DNA from: the human T2T-CHM13v2.0 reference genome, Homo sapiens
Length of the DNA stretch: 64,000 nucleotides
Assembly: GCF_009914755.1 (NCBI RefSeq)
Contig: NC_060940.1
Reading direction: 5' to 3' (one strand)
Under the pieces are notes generated by a model. It made no database searches. It saw nothing but the letters and a program-made list of their open reading frames with translations, and was not told the DNA's origin. The position numbers were made by a program, and so were the translations under genes. Of the stretch, positions 45,301 through 64,000 are shown piece by piece. Numbering within the stretch: position 1 is the stretch's first letter; each line of letters begins with the position of its first letter.

Positions 45301-45337
45301 AACAGCGAGACCCTAGCTCAAAAAAAAAAGAAAAAAG
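42309..45337. mobile_element. Alus in UBN1 intron 1 (42309+, 43078-, 43358+ partial, 44718+, 45090+) within old plus-strand L1 remnants (~42620-43070, 44320-44710, 45340-45500)
   Basis: Alu motifs; L1 ORF2-like 'gcattcccctt...gaaagttctagccagtgcagtaagacaggaa'. Confidence 0.8.
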
Positions 45338-46400
45338 TTAACATTTCTTTCATCATACCTCACTCTAAGCAACACTAAACACCAAATAACAAAACAAGAA
45401 GAAGTACTTATAAGAGATATGACAGATTTTGTATATCTATAATGTATAATAATTTATGTATAATATCAAGAGCGCTTACAAGTCAATAAGAAAGTCACAA
45501 TTTATTCAACCATTCCCTGATTGATTGTCATTTGGTTGTCATTTTGGTTGCTTCCATCATTTTTCTTGTATAAACAAGGCTGCAATGAATATCTTTATTT
45601 ATTGGAGTGGTAGAAAGTTCACACTAGAATATGAACTCTTTTAAAAAGCAGGACACAAAATTGTATACGAAGTAAGCAGAAAACATGTATGGCATGTATT
45701 AGCGTATTCATATTCTGTGAACATTTGGAATTCTGTATTCAAAATCTATTTTGACCATTCCCAAGTGATTTTGAAGGTCTTTGGCATGTCATAATTTGTT
45801 ATTTTGTCAAGGCCAGTGTTTGGGTGTGAGAGTGGTGCACAGGGCAGGAGTGTGTAACTTTGTTAGGAAGTGAGCCTAGCCACACCCTCCTGAGTCACTG
45901 GTTCTTTACTATCCTGGGGTAGGCAATATCTTTTGTTCAGCTGATAAAAGCTTTGTCATTGTGAAGATTGGCTCCCAATGATAGGAAACTGCTGGTGATG
46001 AAAATAAAGGGGTCTTAAAGATTATTCTCAGCCAGAAAAAATAAGTGTTAGACAAATTAAATGGAAAATAATTAATATTTTAGTAGTCTTTACAATTTGG
46101 AGGTCTAAGGCTCTGTCAGCATGGGTTCTTTAAGGTCAAGGATCTAGGATACACATGCACAGGAAAAAAGACTGGAAGTATGCTAAGCAGTGACTATCTC
46201 TGAATGATTGTGAAAAAATTTTAGGATGAATAAGCAGAAAAAAACAATAAATGACAAAATATAACAATGGAGTTTTCTTGACAATGAAATTCTCTTAAAC
46301 TTAAATCTCTTTAATTAGGCAGGTAAACTATTTTATCATCTTCGTTTGACCTGGCCCTTCTTTTCAATGTTAACAGAAGCCATGCAGTGACACCCGCTAA

Positions 46401-46736
<336 letters not shown>

Positions 46737-46930
46737 TAGTGGGGAAGCAAGACTTAACTGAGGTTTTGGCTGCCCCAAGATCCTGTCACTCACTCAAGGC
46801 AAGCACAAGATTTGCTTGTCTTACCTCTGTGCGCAAAGGGAGAGGCCAATTTGAATTATGACTAATTAACATAAATTTTAAAAACAATACATTTTTCTCT
46901 GCCAAGGTTATAAACGTTATGTGTAAATGA

Positions 46931-50869
<3,939 letters not shown>

Positions 50870-51459
50870 TTTTTTTTTTTGGATTCCTTGCTCACAAAGC
50901 TTAAGGCTTATCTGTGGAAAATTTGCTTGATGAGAAAAGAATAAGCTTATAAAATGGAAATAAGCCTTGGAAGCCTGAGTTTAACTTTGGTAGCACCGAG
51001 AGAAGTGCAAATTCAGACCTTTCTAAACAGTATGGCAGAACGGCTCTCAAGAACTTGCACCACATTCAGTGGGATTTTCACGTTTTTGAGCCCTTGACTA
51101 TTTTGGAAGTCAATTGACTCTTTCTTAGAATGTTTTTAAATGCCTGAAGAAAATTTTAAGAGTTACAAAGGAAGTCCACTTTATTGAACGTGGTTGTGTA
51201 GCGACTGGGCATCTCCTTCTAAAGGCCCTTTGCTGTCTTTGAGTCCTGCAGCCCCTCATGCTGTGGTGGATGATTGTAGGCATTCAATCAAGTTTTATTA
51301 ACCTACATTAAGGGAAATTTTACTTTCTTAATTAAGATAAACATTGATGAGATGGTAGCATGTTTTCTACCTTGCCCTTTTCTGGAAAACATTGTTTTTA
51401 TAGAGGTATTGAGTAATCAGTGAAGTTTCTATGAATAAGAACATGGGAATATTTTCTGA

Positions 51460-51591
<132 letters not shown>

Positions 51592-52067
51592 TGAATAACA
51601 AAACAACCTCATTGGGTGGGAGACGTTTCCACACTGTATTCCTTTAGTGGATCATCATGTAATAAACACTGATCTGGAAGTAAGCCTTAAGCATGGAGAG
51701 AAGAGAAGCAGTTATTAAACCTAACGCATTAAGGTACAGAAAAGGGGCATGGCAGAGCTAGTGTGAAGAGCTAACTGGACAAATAACCGAGAAGGGCCTG
51801 TGGTCGCCTTAGAAGAAATATTTTGGTACAAAGCATAAGAAGCCATTTAGTTCATTTTTCTGTCCTAGGACATTTTATACAGGTACAAATATGTTCTATG
51901 TTAAAAGGTTTTCAGGAAAGGAGGTTTTGGGGTTTGTGTGTATGTGAGAGAGTGACTGTTTTAGTTAGTGCATTACCTCTTTGAGTCATAGCTGATGAAG
52001 TTGAAGGCCACAGTTAATTCTGTGTGTTTATTCAAAAAGCATGTAATCTATTGCTTTCACATTTTAG

Positions 52068-52175
<108 letters not shown>

Positions 52176-52503
52176 TGAAAATGCCGTGTCAGACCCACTG
52201 TACCTGTAGCTCCTCCTGATACTGACCAGGAAGCTGGGGGTGGGGTCAGAGCAGTCGTGCCCTCTTCCCAGCATGAGGCAGTAGCAGCACTGATGAGAGA
52301 CGAAATGACATTCTTTATCCGGGTCTTAGTTCCCTCTTCAGAAAGTGATGACCAGATCTGTCCAAAACACCTTGTAGCTCAGACATTCATGTTTGACCAG
52401 AGGATGTTTTAGCATGCTCTTGGAAGTGGCAGAGGAGCACAGTCACATCTCTCTTGAGACCCACTTTGCACCTTCGGACTGCAGAAGCAGAACTTGGAGC
52501 TGA

Positions 52504-52698
<195 letters not shown>

Positions 52699-53340
52699 TG
52701 ACGTGACCCTATCAGATCAGTAGGTGACTTGCCAGAATACGTGGCGCTTGGCCGGCTCAGGAGGATGGTGGAAAGGCAGAGCCGTGCCAGGTTGATGGCT
52801 CGCCTCTTACACGTGTGCCCTAATGAGGACACGTGCCCGTGGGGGCTCTGTTCAGCACTTGGTCATTATGTCCATGTCACATGACATCCCAGCAGGCTCA
52901 GCAGGGGTCGTTTCTGGAGGTGGCCTCAGGGTGGGAAGGCTGTGGAATGAGGGAATGTGTACCACTCTTGCTGACCCTCTTCTGTGGACATGTAGAGGAC
53001 TTCAGTTTCAGGGCTGCCATCCCACTGAAAACCAGTCAGCCTTAGGATCAGTGTGTTTAAAAACCTGTCTACCACTGCCTATGTGTTTAAGATGAGAGGT
53101 AGGGCCCACTTGTAACTTTCAAACTACAAAGGTTTCAGGCTCCAGAATGGTCACTGTTGTCTCAGCCCTGGGTGTTTCCAGGAGACACCGTCGGTGGGAA
53201 TGCTGTGGGTTTGTGGTCCAGGGACTGATCTGAGAGCTTTTGTTCATGAAGGAAATGAGACAGGTCTCAGGATGTGCCCCGGGCGGAGCAAGGCCAGTGC
53301 CGTGTAGTGCACTTGCTCCCTGAGTTAGGGAGCCGTGTAA

Positions 53341-53469
<129 letters not shown>

Positions 53470-54163
53470 TGAGAGGCAGCAGCTTCTTTGCTAGGATAAA
53501 GCCTGAACTGTTAGGGCAGGACGACTGGGAGCTGACTCACCTCCTCCCCACAGCTTCGGAAGAGGCAGCAGGGCCTGGCCTTCCTGTCCTCCCGCACGCC
53601 TCCCGCAGTGCCATTCTGGGCATAGACGCTCACCTCTCAGTGTGTCAGATAGTTCCACTGTCAGTGTTGGCAGCTATTGTTGTCACTGTGTGACTGCTGA
53701 TGTTTCTCGTCCTCTGGGGTGCTCCTCTCTGCCCCAGTTCTCCTTCTGTCTCCGCTGTTTTCCCTTGTTGTCTATGGTCATGCTTCCTTCTCCTCACTTG
53801 GTCTCACCCCAGCTTCTCTTCAAGTTGCTGCTGTTCTCTGCTGCTCCTGCTTTCTCCCTCTAAATACTTTTCTTGCTCTCCCTGCCCCTTTTTGCAACCT
53901 TTTATTTCAGCCTGGCAGTGGTTTCTAAAAACCCGTCGGAAATTTAGCATATGTGACACTGTGTTGCTAACCTGTATTAACTCTCAAGCTTTGGTCTCAG
54001 CAAGAACGAGCTCCATATGCCAAGAGGAGGGAGGAGGAATGACAGGGTGGACTGTGACAGGTTCTCCTGGAGACCATGACCCTGGGAGCAGGGGTGAAGG
54101 CCTCTGGAGTTCCCTTTGGAGGTGTCCTATAGTCTGAGTGACCAGTTTCCCTCTTGCTTGCAG

Positions 54164-54602
54164 CTTCACAGCCCTCAATGCCAGTAAGGAGAAGAAGAAG
54201 AAGAAATATTCTGGGGCTTTAAGCGTTAAAGAGATGCTAAAGAAATTTCAGAAAGAGAAAGAGGCTCAGAAAAAAAGGGAGGAGGAGCATAAGCCTGTTG
54301 CGGTCCCATCAGCGGAAGCTCAGGGCCTGCGGGAACTGGAGGGTGCCTCTGACCCCTTGCTCTCACTCTTTGGCTCTACTTCTGACAACGACTTGCTCCA
54401 GGCGGCCACTGCCATGGACTCGCTGACGGATTTGGACTTGGAGCATCTGCTCAGTGAGTCTCCAGAAGGAAGTCCCTTCCGAGATATGGATGATGGAAGT
54501 GATTCCCTTGGGGTGGGATTGGACCAGGAATTCAGGCAGCCCTCTTCTCTCCCCGAAGGCCTGCCAGCACCCCTGGAGAAGCGCGTTAAGGAGCTGGCTC
54601 AG
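54164..54602 (+). CDS. UBN1: UBN1 exon 7 ([14 protein letters not shown]...RVKELAQ)
   Basis: 439 nt inside ORF 54138..54767; GCAG/GTATGG boundaries. Confidence 0.96.
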
Positions 54603-55095
54603 GTATGGTGGCACAGTGCGGCTGGGCTTTCCTGGAAGCAGTTTGGGCAGATTGCTGTTGGTTCTGCACTGCGTGAAGCTTGCCCAGAGAAACCCTTAGT
54701 GAGTTGGCAGTTAAGGTGTCAGCTTTTTCCAAACCCTCTTCTCATCCTGAGGGAGAAAACAGTGTAAGCCTTGCCCGTCAGGCATCATTTTAGGCCTTTC
54801 TTGGTTTCTTCATTTCTGGAAAATTTGCTTTCTTCTGGGGAGATTGTTCTCTTTCTGTTTTCTGTCAGTTTGTTTTCCACACGGCATCTTTTCCTTCATG
54901 TGATAGACGGATGATGTTGGCAGCAGGCAGCTGAGGCAGAGATTAATCTTAGAATTCTTACGAAGGTTTTGCAAATTCACAAAAGTTTGTAAACATACAA
55001 GTTACACGTAGAGTAGATGCTTCGTTGCCACTAGGTTTCAGTCGCTCCCTTGCGTTGTGTATCCAGTGTTAGGTAGTGATTACAGGAATGCCTCA

Positions 55096-55450
<355 letters not shown>

Positions 55451-57179
55451 CAACCACCATTACCACCTTTAGGATCTAGCAGCTCTTGCTGTTTTACTCC
55501 AGTGATTGGGAATTAAGCACTGAGAATTGTCTGTTCAAGTAACACATTTCTAACTGTAAACTAGGCATGGATCATTGGTTGTAATATCATTTACCTTTAA
55601 GTTAAAATAACATTTTACCTTAAGCATCAGGACTTGTGATGCAGCTCTAGTGGCAGTCATAATCTACAGCTGTAGGTTTTAAATCAGTGATTCTTACAGT
55701 ATTTCAGAAGCATTGTTACCTATAATATCCTTTGTGTTTTAGGGCAGGGTAAATTGTCAGCTACTGCTAAAATGATTTTCTCACTTCCAAAAAATATTTG
55801 AACACCATATACAAAGCAAATAAAGTATCTATTCAAAGCTCTACCTCATCTTTGTCAGCTTGTGTCCAGCATTGGAAATTCAAGTATTGTATTTGAATGT
55901 AATGATTTAAGTGAATTGTACCATGTTGGGGTTTGGAGTATCTCTTAGTATGACATTGAGGTGGAAGTAGCTGAATCTGAACTTGGTGTTTTTGAGCCTG
56001 CTGTCCTATATTTGCTCTCAGAATTCATGTTAACCAAACATTACTCCTTGTTCTTTTTAATCCTCTGGTTCGTAATCAAATTGTTTCTTAGCTTCTGAAA
56101 GTCTTGTTAAATCATTTAAGGTCTATGTGACGATAGATGGTCGTTAGAGAAAAGTCAAAACCAGATTCTTGGCTGTGTCCCCACTCGTGCCATAGGTTGT
56201 GTTCTAGTGTGAAAACTTACTGTTTCACTTTCTTGGGAAAGATGGGGACAGATTTAGTGGCAACAGAATGACATAACCGGAAACAATGTTGGGCTGTGGT
56301 GCAAGAAAGCGGAGCTGAGTAAACACCTTGTTAGGCAAGCTGCCCCTCCTCAGTGATTGCCAAGTGTCAGTTAGCTCTTGGGCATAACAAACACAGGGTT
56401 CAGGATCCCATAGTCAAGGTGGGCCTGGGTCCCAGTGGGGAGCTGGTGACCAGGAGAGGCTGATGTTCTGGTTGGAAAATACAGTATTCAAGTGTGAAGT
56501 TGATATTCGAGTCTTCACATTGCCCTTCTCCTATAACAGCATTAAGAAACTTTGAAAAATGGGGTGGAAGGTGTATGGAAATTATCCATCCGGCCAATAT
56601 AAAAACAATTTCTAGTTGGATATTCTTTTCTAGCCTCTGTGTATATGTTTTTATGCAGCTGTAATTATAGTTGTGAATAACTGTTTTCTGCCTTTTTACG
56701 TAATATTATAAAGCCCTCATGACTTTTTATGGTTGCATTAAAAAGGTGGCTTATTTTAAAAAGATGCTTAATGCTACTCCGAAGGGTCCTCAGGTGCGCT
56801 CTTCTGACCAGGGCCCTGCACTTGGGGCACTTGGAGTCCCTGCATGTGTGTGCAAATGCTCAGGACCTCTGATCCCACTGAGAATCTGCTGGGAAAGATA
56901 GTCTTCCCAGGGAAGGAATGCACTGGTATACTCAAATTGCTTATGATTCCAAAAGCCACATGTGGATATTTGATATTTGGATCCTTAATAAGGGGTCCAT
57001 CCTAGATCTTGAAATGGACATCGCATTTTTAAAATATAAAGTAAACCTGATGTATGTAACTGGGACATTAGCAGTGTTACGTGTTTCTCACTTTATTTTT
57101 TATACCCCTAATTTTCCCCCCCTTTTCCCTCTATTATAAGATTGGGTAGACTTTACATCTTGGCCCTAGGTGACACACA

Positions 57180-60310
<3,131 letters not shown>

Positions 60311-60790
60311 CAAGGTTCCATTCTTGTCTTTCATGAGCTCGTTACATAAATGGACCCGATAGATACGCAGACAAGGGACTGTAGTACAGAGCAGAATGAA
60401 GTAAGCTTTGTGATGTGTGGACGGCCAGATAGCCGGACTTAAGGGGTTAAAGAGAGGCTCTTGGGGGGCATATAGGAAGCAGACTGGAGGCAACAGGCTT
60501 CGCCGGCCTCCTGGGGAAGATGCCCTAAGAGAAGGCAGGGAGCAGAGCTGAAGATGGGCGAGTTGGTGGATGGCTGGGCCAGATCGTGGAGGACCCCAAA
60601 TGCCATGTGAAGGAGTTTGGGTTTGATACCAGGCTTGGAAAGAGCTGCTGAAGGGTTCTGAAGAAGGGAGTGGCGGTCTTAAGGTTGGAGTGCAATTATT
60701 AGAAGTGGGGAACACAGGGGAAGAGCAGAAGCCAGTGGGTCTGGTGTAAGTTGAGTTTGCAAACCAGAGGGTCATCCATCCACAGAAGTG

Positions 60791-61002
60791 CAGTTGACCC
60801 TTGAACAACACAGGGTTTAACTGCGTGGATCCACTTACACGCAGATGTTTTCTAACCAAATGTGGGTTGATTTGAGGGATGCTAAATCTGTGTATAGAGG
60901 GCTTTTTGTATAGGCAGGTTCCTCAGGGCTGACTGTGCAGTTGGATTTTGGTATATACGGGGGTCCTGTAACCAATCCCCTGCCTATACCAGGCGTTGAC
61001 TG
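60791..61002. mobile_element. MER8 (TcMar-Tigger MITE)
   Basis: CAGTTGACCCTTGAACAAC...GGATTTTGGTATATACGGGGGTCCTGTAACCAATCCCC...GACTG followed by TA. Confidence 0.85.
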
Positions 61003-61460
61003 TAATTGGGAAATTTCTCAGAGATAACTGGAAATTCTGGTCCAGAGCTTAGATGAGAGGATTTAGGGCTTAGTTTAGATTTGAGTGTACAATTGTCTGT
61101 GTTATTTTGAAGCCCTGAGGGGGAAAGAAGTTATTGGGAGAAGTGGGTTCTAGTGAGAATCCTGGGGTCCGCCTATGGAAAGGAGCTGGTGGAGGAGGCA
61201 GATGGAGCAGTTAGAGTGGTTGGAAGGGGCCCCAGAGGATGCAGTGAGAGGAAGGTGAGTGGGGGAGATGATGGTGAGGGGTTAGCAGTGTCTGCAATTT
61301 CAGAGGGGTTGATCCCTTCATTCTAGATAGTCACCTTATCACCCTTGTTTGCTGTCGTTACTGTATATCATGTCTGATTTCAGAAATTTTATTTCACCCA
61401 AAGCCTTCAGACCAGCAGCTCTTGGGTTGAGAGGAATGGTTCCCAGCCCTTTTTGCACAT

Positions 61461-61615
61461 CAGTGTTCCCAGGGTTGCTTTGAAAGAGTACTTGGGCCAC
61501 TTTTGAGAGTGCGCATTCCTGAATCTCCTTTCCAGAGACTGTGATTTGAATGGCCTGAGTTGCTCCAAGCTGCCCAGGGAATTCCAATATGCAACCAAGT
61601 GTGAGAACCCTGATG
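61461..61615. mobile_element. MER5B-like hAT remnant
   Basis: 'attcctgaatctcc..ccagaga...caagctgcccaggga.ttccaatatgcaaccaagtgtgagaacc'. Confidence 0.6.
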
Positions 61616-62301
61616 CAGACTTCCACAGGGTCTGCTTTTTTGTGTTCCCGCTGTGTCGTGGCTGCCTGCCGTGGTTGCTTCAGGGGTCTCTGAGCTTGCC
61701 ATCCAGGGTGTGTGTTAACTGTGTTCTTTTCGAAAGCAAACTAAGACTGTACTGAAACTCCTATAATCTGGTGTTAATAGGTAATATGGTGGGTTAATTA
61801 TTCACATGGTCTGGCTAATAGAGAGCTCGTGGTATACCATAAGTAGATTAGGAATTGTCAAAGAGTTTTAATGTCCTTAAGTGTTAGAGCTACACATTAT
61901 TATTATTTTTGTAGATAAAAAGGCCTTTAAATCCTATAGACTGGTTGAAGTTCTTGAATATTTTTGTACTGTAGATACATGGAAATCCCAACTAATGGTG
62001 TAGTTGATGGTGTATGGGTGCAGGGGTTAGTTGGCCTTATTGGCCTCTGGCTAAGTGCATTGTGATGGCTTTGACTCTGATTTTCTTTTCTGTGACTGTT
62101 TTAAGTCCCAGGAAGAACTGGCAGCCCACAGATGCTGCAGCAGCATTTGAAAAGAGAATATTGATCGCAGGCGAACTTAACCTGGGACTAGGGTGGAGTT
62201 GGAAAGGTGGCGGTGTGACTGTATTGACAGGTGCTCTTTATGGAGCGATGACTCCTGTGCCTGTGGGTGAGCGTAAGGGACATGTGGGGAAAGTGCACTA
62301 A

Positions 62302-62400
<99 letters not shown>

Positions 62401-62408
62401 TGAGTATC

Positions 62409-62434
62409 GTCTGTCTGTCTGTCTGTCTGTCTGT
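62409..62434 (+). repeat. (GTCT)n microsatellite just after the UBN1 exon 8 donor
   Basis: gtctgtctgtctgtctgtctgtctg. Confidence 0.9.
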
Positions 62435-63707
62435 TTCTGCTATTACTGAGCTTGGGGCAAGCCAGCTAGGGGACAGTGGGAGTACAATTGAACTGCATAA
62501 AGGTGACCACCAAGGAGATAAAAGAAGAATTGGATTAACATGGTTTCATTGTTATTTTTCTTTTAAAAATCAAAACACAACAGGGACACCAAGTACTTGT
62601 CTCCAGAAGCGATAGACCTCCCTGATCTTAGGCAGCAGGCATTAATAACATGTGATAATCATGGCCTGTTAGAAGAGGATTTCTTGGCAGGTATGAGATG
62701 AGGAGAGAGAGAAGGTGTTGCCTGACTGTCTCTGAGAATCCTGAAGAGTGAGAGACAGCCTGGTGGCCTCGGGCCTGCTCTGCCTTGGGTGTTGCTTGGC
62801 GTCCCTGGCTGTTCCGCTCGCTGGCACTCCTGTTCCTAGTGCCACGTGCATCATCCCTAATGCTGTTCCCACATGCCTGAGCCTCTGAGACACCACGCTG
62901 TGTGAATCGGGTTAAAAAACAGATGAGCAAACATTTGTAAATCCAGACTGGGAAAAGTGAATCCTTGTGGCCTGGCCTGCAGTGTTGCCGCTTTTCTCCT
63001 GGTTGCAGTTTGTGGCAGGGGAAGCTTGTTGCTCAACAGCTGAGGAGTTTGTGTGTGTAAGAACAGTTGTCAAAATGTGGGTGTTCTACCGCATGGCCTC
63101 GCCTGGCCAGGACCTGGATTGGCCCCTTGGGTCAGGAAGTGTGAGCTGCAGAGAGCACCTGAGCATTGGTGCGGACGATAGGATTGTGTCAACAAGGAAC
63201 CTGCCTGAGCGTGCCAAATGTGGACAGCTCAAGGCATTGAAGAGAAATATTTTTTTGCTTATCTAGATGGAGAAACTGGAGGGGTGAGGCTTTCCCTGAC
63301 CTCATAATGGTTGATAAACGTGGGGACTGGGGGAAAAAAAAGAAATGCTGCCGGGAAGTGTCTCCTTTGAACCCCAAGTAACTCATGACTTTCCACTTTG
63401 AAAGCTTTCATGTTTTCTCTATGAAATTTAGTGCTTCAGAGCTTGTTCTCCTGGGCTCTGTTTTCCTGGTATTGTGACCTAAGAGCCTTGGCCCACATTA
63501 CCTAGCCATGTTCATCAGGCTTGGGAGTTGTTGTTGTTTGTTGATTGCTGAGGATGTGTTTCCTTGGGCATTCAGTTACATTGTGTGACCAACAAGACAG
63601 GGTTTGACTGCCGTTGGCTCCTAGCTTTCCTCTCCACGTACGGTGAGCTGATGAAGACAGGAGTTGCAGTGAGCTGCAGCCGGTGGTGACTGTGTTTTGT
63701 TCTTCAG

Positions 63708-63837
63708 CATAGAGGCGCAGACTCGGGAGCTGAGCAGTCAGGTCCGCTCTGGGGTGTATGCCTATCTTGCGTCATTCCTGCCCTGCAGCAAGGATGCCCT
63801 GCTCAAGCGTGCTCGGAAACTTCACCTCTATGAACAG
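63708..63837 (+). CDS. UBN1: UBN1 exon 9 ([43 protein letters not shown]); gene continues right of the window
   Basis: 130 nt inside ORF 63697..63891; TCAG/GTGGGT boundaries. Confidence 0.95.
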
Positions 63838-64000
63838 GTGGGTGACTCTAGAGTGAAGCCCTTTGGCTTTGGGGTCCTGGCGGAGGGGTGACTGAGTCTT
63901 AAGCAATGATGCGTCTGCTGCCCCACTGCCTCCTTGTGATCACCCCATCATGCGTCCTGAGCGTAAGAGCGATGTGTAAACCTGCCTTGAATTGTGTCCC

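Overview
This is primate genomic DNA, almost certainly human chr16p13.3, containing a head-to-head gene pair. GLYR1 (NPAC/NDF: PWWP, AT-hook, LSD2-binding linker, beta-hydroxyacid-dehydrogenase-like domain) is on the minus strand. Its coding exons 1-15 (codons 1-529) run from the ATG at 40755 down to 4668, and the last exon lies left of the window. UBN1 (ubinuclein-1, the H3.3-binding subunit of the HIRA complex) is on the plus strand, with a GC-rich non-coding first exon and coding exons 2-9 (codons 1-437) from the ATG at 46416 to 63837; the gene continues right of the window. All coding exon boundaries were placed by eye at GT-AG sites and give continuous reading frames. The genes share a CpG-island bidirectional promoter. 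Introns are very Alu-dense and also carry old L1, L2, MIR, Tigger1, MER8, MER5, MER102-like and MLT1 remnants; repeat coordinates and subfamilies are approximate and from recall, not RepeatMasker. I found no convincing novel protein-coding gene, RNA gene or CRISPR array, and nearly all other ORFs in the track are Alu or GC artefacts. The best leads are: two identically spaced CCAAT/E-box modules with a CRE between them in the shared promoter; a three-uORF leader on UBN1; a ~190-bp local duplication pasted inside an Alu; candidate poison-exon signals next to the LSD2-binding exon of GLYR1; a possible UBN1 exon-2 circle; and fused inverted Alus.
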